Positions 1 to 8,990 of a stretch of 34,597 bases of DNA are shown here, one piece after another. The position numbers and the translations under genes are program-made. The notes under the pieces were generated by a model. It was given only the letters and a program-made list of their open reading frames with translations, was not told the origin of the DNA and made no database searches. The stretch comes from an uncultured Alphaproteobacteria bacterium (GTDB lineage: Bacteria > Pseudomonadota > Alphaproteobacteria > Rs-D84). The stretch lies in NCBI GenBank assembly GCA_947053455.1, contig CAMRSV010000007.1, positions 1 through 34,597 of the forward strand, in the 5' to 3' direction. How positions within the stretch are numbered: the stretch's first letter is position 1; each line of letters starts with the position of its first letter.

Positions 1-72
1 ATGGGTTACTACACCCATGCGCCGGGATTCCCTTTGCGGTATGAATTATAGCATATAATTTATAATTTGCAA
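1..72 (-). ncRNA. C4-like antisense leader element, copy F (5' part only, truncated by the window edge)
   Basis: Minus strand reads TTGCAA-16nt-TATAAT (67-72, 45-50; TG extended -10), then GCAAAGGGAATCCCGGCGCATGGGTGTAGTAACCCAT. This closely matches the 5' part of copy B (GCAAAGGGAAACCGGCGCATGGGTGTAGAAACCCAC). Confidence 0.7.
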
Positions 73-141
73 ATATTTACTGGTTTGCTTCGTTTCACAG
101 GGACATACGCGTGCATTATTAGTGCCAAAAATCAACACAAC

Positions 142-167
142 AAAAAACCCGCCGTTTGGCGGGGTTT
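142..167 (-). terminator. Intrinsic terminator
   Basis: CCCGCC-gttt-GGCGGG hairpin with an A-tract on + (U-tract on -), just after the stop at 171. Confidence 0.75.
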
Positions 168-170
168 AAC

Positions 171-452
171 TTAACGTACGCGGACTGTTGCTTCATTAAA
201 CAACGATAACCGCGCCGAATCCACAGGTTTAAAACCGTTCGCCTGATTTACCGGAACACATTGCCGACTTTTATTGCCATCATTTTGGTTCTTGTTAGAA
301 ATTAAAGCAATACCACTAATAGTTCCAATAGAAATCAAGAACGTACCAACCAGAACCGCCGGATCAGACGCGATAGCCCAGAAAACACCCTCTATACGAC
401 GCATCATGCGCTTATCAAATGTGGACGTTTTTTTATCCAGTTTCTTATTCAT
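171..452 (-). CDS. Hypothetical small membrane protein (one TM segment)
   Basis: Start moved to MNKKLDKK (ATG 452, AGGT upstream). Hydrophobic stretch AVLVGTFLISIGTISGIALI. Terminator follows the stop. Confidence 0.6.
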   Translation of the reverse strand: MNKKLDKKTSTFDKRMMRRIEGVFWAIASDPAVLVGTFLISIGTISGIALISNKNQNDGNKSRQCVPVNQANGFKPVDSARLSLFNEATVRVR

Positions 453-605
453 ATTTATACCTGCTTTTTGGTTTATTTGCACGCCAAACTTTACACGACA
501 CTGCTCATTTTGTCAACACAAATAATTTTAGGTTAAGTTTGATATTGCGTTTACAAAAAAACCGTGTATAATCACACCGCAATTCATATTTTTTAGGGGA
601 AAAAC

Positions 606-1919
606 ATGTTTAAAAAAGAAAAAATCAAAGACTTGCATTATTCTGTAAACGGCTTGATTTCCGCAGCGGATATTCAGGCGGCGGCGGACGAAATTCTGAC
701 CGAATACGGCAAAACGGCGAAAATGCCGGGATTCCGTGCGGGTCACATTCCATTGAACGTCCTGCGTCAGAAATTCGGTGCATCCGCCTATGGCGAAGCC
801 ATTGATAAATTGATGAATAAAGATTTAATCGACTTCACTTCGGAAAAGAAAATCCGTCTGGCCGGGGCACCAAAGGCTGATTTGGCCGGTTGGGAAATTG
901 GCAAAGATGCCGAATATTCATTGGAATTTGATATTCTGCCGACACTGCCGACGATTGATTTGGAAAAATTCACCGTCACAAAAAAGACCACCAAACTGGA
1001 CGAAAGCGAAATTGAAAAATCATTGGAAAACCTGCGCAAATCACGCAGCAACGCTGTAAAGCAGGGCGCAGATTATATTGCCGCCAACGGCGACGTTGCG
1101 GTAATCGATTTCAAGGGATTTATCGGCAAAGACGCATTTGAAGGCGGCGAGGCGAAAAAGCATCACCTGATTCTGGGTTCCGGTGCATTTATTCCGGGAT
1201 TCGAAGACCAGATTATCGGACACAAAGTTGGCGATAAATTTGACGTTAATGTAAAATTTCCTGACGCATATCATGCGGAAAACCTGGCCGGTAAGGATGC
1301 CCGGTTCGAAGTTGAAATTCATGAACTGCGCAAGCATGAATTGCCGGAACTGAACGACGAATTGGCAAAAACCGTCGGTCAGGAATCAGTTGATGCACTG
1401 CGTGAACATATACGCAAGATTATAAATGAACAGTATGAAGAGGCGTCAAAACGCGATATGCGCAACGAACTGCTGGACATACTGGCGGATAAGGTAAAAA
1501 TGGATTTGCCCGAAGTATTGGTTGAACAGGAACTGAACATGGCTAAATCCGAACATGACGCTCACCATGCACATTGCGGCGGTGACTGCAAATCGGATGA
1601 CCACAAATGGGACGAAAAGAAAGAACGCAAGGATGCCGAACGCCGTGTTAAGCTGGGGCTGATTCTGGCAGAATGGGGAACCCAGAACAAGGTGGAAGTT
1701 TCCCGCGACGACCTGCAGCAGGCCGTTTGGGCCGAGGCCGCGCGTTACCCTGATCCAAAACAGGTATTCGAATTTTACAACAAAAATCAAAATGCGCTGT
1801 CGATGTTGCGCGGCATGATCTTTGAGCGTAAGGCTTTGGATGAAATGCTGACACATGTCAAGCAAAAGGAAAAGGCCGTAAAGCCAGAAGAACTGTTTAA
1901 ACAGGCCGAGGTTCGATAA
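606..1919 (+). CDS. tig: Trigger factor
   Basis: Ribosome-binding motif variant PGFRAGHIP, FKBP-like domain (VIDFKG, FEGG, GSGAFIPGFEDQIIG, FPDAYHAENLAGK), C-terminal AERRVKLGLIL. Confidence 0.97.
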   Translation: MFKKEKIKDLHYSVNGLISAADIQAAADEILTEYGKTAKMPGFRAGHIPLNVLRQKFGASAYGEAIDKLMNKDLIDFTSEKKIRLAGAPKADLAGWEIGKDAEYSLEFDILPTLPTIDLEKFTVTKKTTKLDESEIEKSLENLRKSRSNAVKQGADYIAANGDVAVIDFKGFIGKDAFEGGEAKKHHLILGSGAFIPGFEDQIIGHKVGDKFDVNVKFPDAYHAENLAGKDARFEVEIHELRKHELPELNDELAKTVGQESVDALREHIRKIINEQYEEASKRDMRNELLDILADKVKMDLPEVLVEQELNMAKSEHDAHHAHCGGDCKSDDHKWDEKKERKDAERRVKLGLILAEWGTQNKVEVSRDDLQQAVWAEAARYPDPKQVFEFYNKNQNALSMLRGMIFERKALDEMLTHVKQKEKAVKPEELFKQAEVR

Positions 1920-1926
1920 CACCAAA

Positions 1927-1954
1927 CAAAAGCATGCCGCACGGCATGCTTTTG
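1927..1954 (+). terminator. Intrinsic terminator after tig
   Basis: CAAAAGCATGCCG/CGGCATGCTTTTG inverted repeat. Confidence 0.7.
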
Positions 1955-1972
1955 TAATAACAGGAGAAAGCC

Positions 1973-2926
1973 ATGAAAGCATACTTGAATATCCTGAGAG
2001 AGATTGTAGAAGCCAAGTCCGATTTGCGCATGAATCGAACCGGCATACCCGACATAGGCATAGGGCATGGCGCCACCTTTGTCCATGATATGTCCACCGG
2101 GTTCCCATTGATTACAACCAAGAAAATGGGGCTGAAAACCATTGCAACTGAACTGGAATTTTTTATACGCGGTATTACGGATAAGAAATGGTTACAGAAT
2201 CGCAATTGCAAAATATGGAATGAATGGGGAAATCCGATAAAGGTTGAACAACGTTATAACGCGGCAGTAGCAAATAAAAAATTATCAAAAGAAACCCAAA
2301 CACAATTACACAATGCCATTGCAGATACGGAACGCGATTTAGGACCAATTTATGGATTTCAATGGCGGCATTTCGGGGGTGAATACGAATGGGACATCAA
2401 TCGCATTGAGAAAAATCCGACTGATAATTTCAATCCATCCAAACCAGGTGTTGATCAAGTTGCCAATGCCATTGATAAACTGAAAAATAATCCAACCGAC
2501 AGACGCATTTTAGTTTCGGCATGGAATCCTGTTGAATTTTCAAAAATGGCGCTACCGCCATGTCACGTTATGCACCAATTAGTTGTGCGCGACGGAAAAT
2601 TAAACCTGATATGGACACAGCGTTCATGCGACATGTTCCTTGGTATTCCGTTTAACATTGCAAGTTATGCATTATTGTTGCTACTGTACGCCAAAGAGGC
2701 AGGATTAAAGCCCGGCATATTAAAGGGAGAATTTCATGATGCCCACATATATAAAAATCACCTGCCGCAGGTAATGGAACAATTGACACGCGAACCATAC
2801 AAGTCGCCAACAGTGGAAATTCCAGACAACAATTGGAACGGTATGCTAAATTGGCAGGCGGACGGCGGTTTTGTATTAAAAAACTATGTCTGCCACGAAA
2901 AACTGCGCGGTGATGTCGCACGATGA
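1973..2926 (+). CDS. thyA: Thymidylate synthase
   Basis: NRTG, GFPLITTKK, DLGPIYGFQWR, catalytic LPPCH, QRSCDMFLGIPFNIASY and HIYKNH motifs. GGAG RBS. Confidence 0.97.
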   Translation: MKAYLNILREIVEAKSDLRMNRTGIPDIGIGHGATFVHDMSTGFPLITTKKMGLKTIATELEFFIRGITDKKWLQNRNCKIWNEWGNPIKVEQRYNAAVANKKLSKETQTQLHNAIADTERDLGPIYGFQWRHFGGEYEWDINRIEKNPTDNFNPSKPGVDQVANAIDKLKNNPTDRRILVSAWNPVEFSKMALPPCHVMHQLVVRDGKLNLIWTQRSCDMFLGIPFNIASYALLLLLYAKEAGLKPGILKGEFHDAHIYKNHLPQVMEQLTREPYKSPTVEIPDNNWNGMLNWQADGGFVLKNYVCHEKLRGDVAR

Positions 2927-2927
2927 A

Positions 2928-2962
2928 ATAATAATCCCCCGTTTCGCGCGGGGGATTGTTAT
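2928..2962. terminator. Bidirectional terminator between convergent genes
   Basis: ATAATCCCCCG...CGGGGGATTGT hairpin between the thyA stop and the stop at 2984. Confidence 0.7.
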
Positions 2963-2983
2963 ATAAAATTTGATTTTGCACGG

Positions 2984-3817
2984 TTATTTCGAATACTTAC
3001 ATCCGCCTTCATAAACAAAGGTGCCCGTTGCATCGCTGAATGTTTCATTTTCTGCAATGGCGCAATCTGTTATGGATGCCGCACCATCGCCGAAACCAGA
3101 TGTATGCCCGGGAACCGTTTCACCGGACATATTTACATATGACGGACATTGTTCACGCGAATTATTTGCCACGGAATAATATTCTTCGCCCACCGGTTTG
3201 CATGCGTATCCTGCATTGCCATCGTTGTCTTCATAATACTCATCATATTCGGTATTAATCCAATTTTCCGTTGTATAATAACCGTTTGCACATGTGGCCG
3301 ACTTTATATATTGGGTTCCATAAGAATATTCAATTACATCCAATGAAACATTTTGCCCATGCACAACAAAATTACGATAGCAGGCATCCATATCAACACC
3401 CCAATTATCCGCAGAGCCGGTATTCTCTCCGGTCTGTCGAAAACCGGTCGATAGCGGATAATCAGACGGACATTTAGTACATTCTGTTGAATTTGAATCC
3501 GCAAGATAGTAGCCATCATCACAAAAACATCCAGCCCCCCAGTAGAAACTTATATGCGGATCATCTGCGATATTACACACGCACACATCATCGGCAGGCA
3601 CGTACATATATTTAACCCCGGTAGCATCATCATATGCACGGACACCGCACATTTCCTCGTTCAATTTTATATCCACAGTATAATCTTTCCAAGCTGAACC
3701 GATGCCCCCATCAGCCGGACATTTATTTCCATAATAACCGTCGCACCCAGGAACTGCAAGCGCATCATATGCAATACCACAGCACAAAACAAAAACAATT
3801 ATAAATTTCTTAAACAT
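2984..3817 (-). CDS. Cys-rich secreted protein (cargo of leader copy A)
   Basis: Start moved to MFKKFIIVFVLCCGIAYDALA (signal peptide; GAGGG RBS). Many Cys with CxxGYY/CP repeats. C-terminus SITDC...SDATGTFVYEGGCKYSK. Confidence 0.85.
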   Translation of the reverse strand: MFKKFIIVFVLCCGIAYDALAVPGCDGYYGNKCPADGGIGSAWKDYTVDIKLNEEMCGVRAYDDATGVKYMYVPADDVCVCNIADDPHISFYWGAGCFCDDGYYLADSNSTECTKCPSDYPLSTGFRQTGENTGSADNWGVDMDACYRNFVVHGQNVSLDVIEYSYGTQYIKSATCANGYYTTENWINTEYDEYYEDNDGNAGYACKPVGEEYYSVANNSREQCPSYVNMSGETVPGHTSGFGDGAASITDCAIAENETFSDATGTFVYEGGCKYSK

Positions 3818-3845
3818 TTTTCCCTCTGCTATGTAAATTTTAAGC

Positions 3846-4118
3846 AAAACCGCCAAGGATATGGCGGCCGGGGAGTTCAAAAAATCATAATCGAAAAAAT
3901 GACCCATGTGACCTTTACGCGACAAACGCGCTGTTATATAGTCACATGCTCCCCGGCCATGAATAAATCGGGGCAAAATAATGCGTTTTAACGTACGCAC
4001 TGTGGATGTGGCATGCGTTATGCACATGCCATTTCGATTATGGGCTTTTTGACGACCCCGAACCCAATATCCCTTTGGGTTCAGTTTTTATTATATCCAA
4101 TGCTAAAATTAAACACAA
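3846..4118 (-). ncRNA. C4-like antisense leader element, copy A
   Basis: Promoter TTGTGT-17-TATAAT (4113-4118, 4090-4095). 5' hairpin about 4058-4084. Targets b UCAAAAA (4046-4052) and a AUAAUCGAAA (4032-4041). Core 3866-3958 closed by GGCCGGGGAG/CUCCCCGGCC, with a' UUUCGAUUAU and b' UUUUUGA. Terminator CCGCCA/UGGCGG-UUUU at 3846-3867. Confidence 0.8.
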
Positions 4119-4202
4119 CCCAAAAAATCCTGTGTATCAAACTTGCAAAAGAGATAAACCGGCGCTACACTAAAAAATATAACAAGGAGTTAAGGAGTTA
4201 AA

Positions 4203-4661
4203 ATGAAAAAAATTCTAGCACTATTTATGGCGGCGGCACTTACCGCGTGCGCTGCAAATCTAAATACCGACCGATATGAAACGTCGGCCGCCGGTCAAAT
4301 AAATTCCGTAGCCGAAGGCACCATAATCAATGTTCGCCCGGTTCGCATCGCAACAGAAAACGGCGGCATGGGTACACTTGCGGGCGGTGTTGCAGGCGGC
4401 GCCGCGGGTTCCATGATTGGCGGCAACAATGCGGTAAATGTAATTGGCGCGGTTGGCGGCGCGGTTCTGGGCAGCATGCTAGGCGCAAAGGCACAGGAAG
4501 GCTTGTCTGCGCAAAACGGATATGAATACATAGTAAAACTTAACTCCGGCAAGGCAATTACATTGACCCAGGGAACAGATGTTAAATTTTCCGTCGGACA
4601 AAAAGTTTATGTCTTGGACGCAGAATATGGTGAACGCGCCCGAATAATTGCCCGCGATTAA
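4203..4661 (+). CDS. Outer-membrane lipoprotein, SlyB/Pcp-like glycine-zipper 2TM family
   Basis: Lipobox LTAC, glycine zipper GTLAGGVAGGAAGSMIGG...GAVGGAVLGSMLG, C-terminal EYIVKLNSG...VGQKV. Tandem AAGGAG RBS. Confidence 0.88.
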   Translation: MKKILALFMAAALTACAANLNTDRYETSAAGQINSVAEGTIINVRPVRIATENGGMGTLAGGVAGGAAGSMIGGNNAVNVIGAVGGAVLGSMLGAKAQEGLSAQNGYEYIVKLNSGKAITLTQGTDVKFSVGQKVYVLDAEYGERARIIARD

Positions 4662-4676
4662 ATATGCGACGCACAA

Positions 4677-4711
4677 TAAAAATCCCGGCCAATGATGCCG
4701 GGATTTTTATT
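4677..4711 (+). terminator. Intrinsic terminator
   Basis: AAAAATCCCGGC...GCCGGGATTTTT. Confidence 0.75.
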
Positions 4712-4719
4712 GAAAAAAC

Positions 4720-4748
4720 TTGATTTTCAAAATAATAGCCGCTATAAT
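4720..4748 (+). promoter_or_regulatory. sigma70-type promoter of rpsA
   Basis: TTGATT-17nt-TATAAT, about 100 nt upstream of the proposed start. Confidence 0.65.
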
Positions 4749-4847
4749 TTGTGTGATTTTGCGGGTGGGCGCAATTTCAATCCGATTAACCCCACAAGTC
4801 CTTTGAAATCTGAATTCAAACGGCAAACTTTGTATGAACACTTTTCT

Positions 4848-6536
4848 ATGAAAGATTTATCCAAAGATTTATTTAATCCCGTATCCGGCGAAGACTTTGT
4901 CAAAATGTTTGATGAAAACTATGGCAAACAGGAAACTTTGCAGGGTTACGCAACCAAGGGCACAGTCAAAGATATTCGCGGCGATTTCGCGATGGTTGAC
5001 GTGGGTCTGAAATCCGAAGGCCGCGTTCCGTTAAAAGAATTCGGCGCATCTGTGCCAAACATTGGCGATATTATCGACGTGTTTGTAGAACGCTATGAAT
5101 CCCGTGAAGGAACGGCAGTTCTGTCCTATACCAAGGCGCGTGCTGAAAAAGCATGGAAAGACCTGGAAAAAACTGTTGCAGAAGGTATTGACCCAGAAGG
5201 CACGATTATCGACGTTGTCCGCGGCGGTTATACCGTTGACCTGGGCGGCGTATTCGCATTCATGCCGTCAAGCCAGGTTGACCACAAACCGGTTCGCGAT
5301 GCAAAATCGCTGATTGGGCTGAAAGACAAATTCCGCGTATTGAAAATGGATGCATTGCGCACAAATGCAATTGTTTCCCGCCGCGCGATTCAGTCTGACT
5401 CCATCGCCGCCGCACAGAAAGAAGCGATGAAGAACATCACACTTGGCGCAGTTATCGAAGGTACCGTCAAAAACATCACCGATTACGGCGTATTTATTGA
5501 TTTGGGCGGTATTGACGGTTTGCTGCACGTGACAGACTTGTCTTGGAAACGCGTAAATCACCCGCGCGAATTGGTTCACGTTGGTGAAAAAATCAAGGTC
5601 AAGGTTATTCAGTTTGACCCGGAATCACACCGTATTTCCCTGGGTGCGAAACAATTGGAAGATGACCCGTGGGATACCGCATCACGTGCATTCAATGTCG
5701 GCGACACGGTATCGGGAAAGGTTTCATCCATCACCGATTACGGCGCATTTATCGACCTGGGCAACAACATCGAAGGTTTGGTTCATATGTCCGAATTGTC
5801 ATGGACAAACAAGAACATTCACCCAAGCAAAGTTCTGCAGAACGGTCAGGATGTAAACGTTGTTGTTTTGGGTATCGATCAGGACAAACGTCGTATTTCT
5901 CTGGGCTATAAACAGCTGCAACCGAATCCGTGGAAAGAATTTGCCGAAACACACAATGTTGGCGATATAGTCACCGGTCCGATTAAGAACACAACCGAAT
6001 TCGGTCTGTTCGTTGCACTGACCCCGGAATTGGACGGTATGGTTCACATTTCCGACCTGTCATGGAACAAACTGGACGAAGAAGAACTGAAAAAGTTCGT
6101 CCGTGGCCAGGAAGTGACAGCAAAAATTCTGGACATCAATCCGGAAAAAGAACGCGTCACACTGGGTATCAAACAATTGACCGAAGGCGCGGACAGCAGC
6201 AATGTTTCCGTTAAAAAGGGCGCAGTTGTTTCCGGTACAGTTTCCGAAGTGACACCCGATGAACTGATTCTGGCATTGCCGGGCGATGCAAAAGGCATCA
6301 TCCGCCGCACAGATTTGTCCCGTGAAAAATCCGAACAGGACACGAACAAGTTCAAAGTCGGCGACACGGTTGAAGCGTCTGTTGTTTCCGTTGAAGGTAA
6401 CACGGTCAAATTGTCAATCCGTGCACTGCAGGTGACGCTGGAAAAGCAGGCGGTCAAAGAATACGCCAACCAGGCCGATAGCGGTTCTGTATTGGGCGAC
6501 ATCTTGGGCGCAGCGATTGAAAACAGCAAAAAATAA
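4848..6536 (+). CDS. rpsA: 30S ribosomal protein S1
   Basis: Repeated S1 domains (VDVGLKSEG, VKNITDYGVFIDLGGIDGLLHVTDLSW, EGLVHMSELSW, DGMVHISDLSW). Start moved to MKDLSK because the upstream in-frame part contains the terminator and promoter. Confidence 0.97.
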   Translation: MKDLSKDLFNPVSGEDFVKMFDENYGKQETLQGYATKGTVKDIRGDFAMVDVGLKSEGRVPLKEFGASVPNIGDIIDVFVERYESREGTAVLSYTKARAEKAWKDLEKTVAEGIDPEGTIIDVVRGGYTVDLGGVFAFMPSSQVDHKPVRDAKSLIGLKDKFRVLKMDALRTNAIVSRRAIQSDSIAAAQKEAMKNITLGAVIEGTVKNITDYGVFIDLGGIDGLLHVTDLSWKRVNHPRELVHVGEKIKVKVIQFDPESHRISLGAKQLEDDPWDTASRAFNVGDTVSGKVSSITDYGAFIDLGNNIEGLVHMSELSWTNKNIHPSKVLQNGQDVNVVVLGIDQDKRRISLGYKQLQPNPWKEFAETHNVGDIVTGPIKNTTEFGLFVALTPELDGMVHISDLSWNKLDEEELKKFVRGQEVTAKILDINPEKERVTLGIKQLTEGADSSNVSVKKGAVVSGTVSEVTPDELILALPGDAKGIIRRTDLSREKSEQDTNKFKVGDTVEASVVSVEGNTVKLSIRALQVTLEKQAVKEYANQADSGSVLGDILGAAIENSKK

Positions 6537-6557
6537 TTCACAAATATGAATTATGGC

Positions 6558-6589
6558 ATTCCCGGCACACTTGCCGGGAATATTTTTTT
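6558..6589 (+). terminator. Intrinsic terminator after rpsA
   Basis: ATTCCCGGCA-cact-TGCCGGGAAT followed by a T-tract. Confidence 0.75.
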
Positions 6590-6667
6590 ATGCTAAAATT
6601 ATAGACAATGGCAAAAAAAGTTTTACCATACATATTTGTAAAACAACCAAAGGGAAATTAAACCACC

Positions 6668-7222
6668 ATGAAAAAAGATATGATAATTCTTATGGGCGGC
6701 CAAGGCGTAGGCAAGGGCACGTTTTCAAAAATGCTGCGTGAACGGAGTGATTATAACTATATTGAAACGGGCGCAATGTTCCGTTCTTTACCCAGCGATA
6801 GTGAAATTGCAAAAATCATCGCACGCGGCGAATTGGTACCCGATGCGGAACTGTTCAAATTGGTTGAATCCGTAGTAACTGATGACAAAGACATGCTGAT
6901 TGACGGATTTCCGCGCACAACCGCACAGGCCGAGTGGCTGGTTCATGCATTCGCAGACAAATATAACGTTCACGTAATCTATCTAAACGTACCAGAAGAA
7001 GTAATGCTGGCTCGTATACAGAAACGTATTGATGCCGGTGGCGGCCGCGCAGATGACGCGGATGCGGCGGCTGTACGACGCAGACTGGACACATTCTGGA
7101 ACGTGACCATGCCGGCGATTGAATGGCTGCGCGGGGCGACGGGAATTAAATTTTCCGATGTTGATGTGACGGGCGAGGTTGGCGACAACTTTAATCGCAT
7201 ACTTGCGGCCATGGAAAAATAA
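6668..7222 (+). CDS. adk: Adenylate kinase family NMP kinase (short LID type)
   Basis: P-loop GGQGVGKGT, TGAMFR, GELVPD, LIDGFPRT, RADD. Confidence 0.9.
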   Translation: MKKDMIILMGGQGVGKGTFSKMLRERSDYNYIETGAMFRSLPSDSEIAKIIARGELVPDAELFKLVESVVTDDKDMLIDGFPRTTAQAEWLVHAFADKYNVHVIYLNVPEEVMLARIQKRIDAGGGRADDADAAAVRRRLDTFWNVTMPAIEWLRGATGIKFSDVDVTGEVGDNFNRILAAMEK

Positions 7223-7224
7223 TC

Positions 7225-7248
7225 AATCCCGCGAAATGCGGGATTTTT
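7225..7248 (+). terminator. Intrinsic terminator after adk
   Basis: AATCCCGC-gaaat-GCGGGATTTTT. Confidence 0.75.
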
Positions 7249-7276
7249 GTTTGCGGCGCGGCAATCCAGTAATTAT

Positions 7277-7467
7277 TTGCATCCGACATTTTTTATGATA
7301 TAATACACATTGCAAAGGGAAACCGGCGCATGGGTGTAGAAACCCACAATAGGAAACATTTACTCCAGTTTGGCTGGAGGCGTGCGATATATATAAATAA
7401 GCACGACTATACTATTGTAGTTTCTAACCTCCAGCCGTTTGGTTTTTGCCAAACGGTTTTGTTTTTT
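7277..7467 (+). ncRNA. C4-like antisense leader element, copy B
   Basis: Promoter TTGCAT-16-TATAAT (TG extended -10). Targets b UAGAAAC (7337-7343) and a ACAAUAG (7346-7352). Competing arm CUCCAG 7363-7368. Core 7372-7436 GGCUGGAGG/CCUCCAGCC with a' CUAUUGU and b' GUUUCUA. Terminator CCGUUUGG/CCAAACGG plus U-tract. Confidence 0.8.
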
Positions 7468-7494
7468 AATTAACCAAAAACATGGAGAATAAAA

Positions 7495-7875
7495 ATGACA
7501 ATGAAACTAAACCAGCGGACAGACGACACCGCACCGCGGGCATATCAATTGCAGCGTGCGGCAATTGGTAAATTTTCAAAGAAATTGCCGCCATCATTAT
7601 TGCTGTATCGTGCGCGTGAACTATTGGGTGTGTCGCGTCAACAAATGGCGCAGCATATGGGCATACCATCCAGTATGTTAAGCAAGTTTGAATATGGAAA
7701 ACTGCGTATGCCGAACAGTTTTCTGATAAAGATATTTATGTTTGGTCTGGATTTCTGGGCGGATGGTATTTATTGGGTTACAACAGACGAAGACCCGCGT
7801 ATAACAAAACATAAACAGAAAATTGAACGGCGGGCTAATTTGGCGGCAACAGGTGACGCGCAACGCGTCCAGTAA
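7495..7875 (+). CDS. XRE-family helix-turn-helix protein (cargo of leader copy B)
   Basis: RARELLGVSRQQMAQHMGIPSSMLSKFEYG matches the HTH_3/XRE pattern. GGAG RBS. Confidence 0.8.
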   Translation: MTMKLNQRTDDTAPRAYQLQRAAIGKFSKKLPPSLLLYRARELLGVSRQQMAQHMGIPSSMLSKFEYGKLRMPNSFLIKIFMFGLDFWADGIYWVTTDEDPRITKHKQKIERRANLAATGDAQRVQ

Positions 7876-7879
7876 TCGT

Positions 7880-7908
7880 AAAACAATCCCCCAAAACGGG
7901 GGATTTTT
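7880..7908. terminator. Bidirectional terminator
   Basis: AATCCCCC...GGGGGATT hairpin between convergent genes. Confidence 0.7.
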
Positions 7909-7940
7909 AATACCGTTGTATATTGCCGCATTTACGGGCA

Positions 7941-8825
7941 TCATATAATGCGTTTGCACATCGCGCCAAACATCGCATATCCAACCAACAATGCCATTAT
8001 CAGCACAAATATCACAATCGCCGTATTATCATACTGCGCCAGTGGCAGTTTCATGTTCATTCCATAAAAACCAACAATCACCGTCGGCGCCATCAAGATA
8101 ATGTTCCACATTGTCAAACGATTAATATACGTGTTTGAATCCATATTAATAACACTTTCAAATGTTTCCTTGATGGATTTTAGCATTTTGCTGTAACTGG
8201 TCACAACCTCGGTGGCCTGGGACAATTCAATACGCGCATCTTCGGCCAGTTCTGCGGCTTCGTCAGTCTTTACAAATCCGCGCACCTTTTCCAATTTATC
8301 CAACACCGCAACATTGCCCTTTATTCCCGCCATGTAAAGTGTGTAACTATTTTCAACCTCTAGCAACGCCATCAGTTCTTTTTTGCGAATGCGTTCCTGC
8401 AACGCCTTTTTTGATTCCAACACACGGCGGTTTAACTGTTTCAAAAACCGCAGATATGATTCCGCAATATAATAAATTATATTTAAAATAAATTCTTCAC
8501 GTGTGGTTTTTTCATCCTTTTTTATCTTGTCTAGAATATCGCACCGCTTGCGGCAAACGGTAATAACACGACCACCCGAATAAATGATAGACAGCGGTTC
8601 TGTGTGCCACAATGTATCCGTTTCCCGGTTCACTATGGGGAAACGAACAATTATAACCTTGTAATCGTCTTCAACCTCGAACCGTGGCTGTTCGTCGGGG
8701 TCTAAAATGTCGGAAATCGTGTCCTCGTCAATTTTGTATTCTGTCTGCAGTCTTTCAAAATCCGCATGATCAGGATTGCCAACATTGACCCAAGAGAAGG
8801 TTTTTAATTTTTCTGTGACAAACAT
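7941..8825 (-). CDS. corA: CorA-family Mg2+/Co2+ transporter
   Basis: ILDPDEQPRFE, C-terminal two TM helices with the PT...GFYGMN signature. Confidence 0.92.
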   Translation of the reverse strand: MFVTEKLKTFSWVNVGNPDHADFERLQTEYKIDEDTISDILDPDEQPRFEVEDDYKVIIVRFPIVNRETDTLWHTEPLSIIYSGGRVITVCRKRCDILDKIKKDEKTTREEFILNIIYYIAESYLRFLKQLNRRVLESKKALQERIRKKELMALLEVENSYTLYMAGIKGNVAVLDKLEKVRGFVKTDEAAELAEDARIELSQATEVVTSYSKMLKSIKETFESVINMDSNTYINRLTMWNIILMAPTVIVGFYGMNMKLPLAQYDNTAIVIFVLIMALLVGYAMFGAMCKRII

Positions 8826-8990
8826 GGCAATCTCCCTTTTTTATAAGACGCGGGTGCGCGGTAAATTAATACGCATTATTCTATACCCAAAAAAACAAAA
8901 TTGCAATTTATTCTGGGAATAAAAATTCATACTTTACATAAATCCCGTATGATAAAATAAAACCGAAAAATTAATAAGGAGGTATCAACC

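Noticed and set aside
4692-4847. N-terminal extension of rpsA, and similar ORF-track extensions at 3818-4027, 10732-10770, 11764-11799, 20033-20089, 25527-25580 and 27430-27816
   Set aside because: They run through terminators, promoters, tRNA or neighbouring genes. Downstream ATGs have RBSs, signal peptides or family-typical starts.
7468-7515. Second downstream a2/b2 target pair at cargo start codons, as in P1
   Set aside because: Only partial matches (for example ACAATG near the HTH start) and none convincing in the other copies.
7277-7875. Prophage around the HTH gene
   Set aside because: Flanks are adk and corA. No integrase, structural or replication genes and no att repeats were seen.
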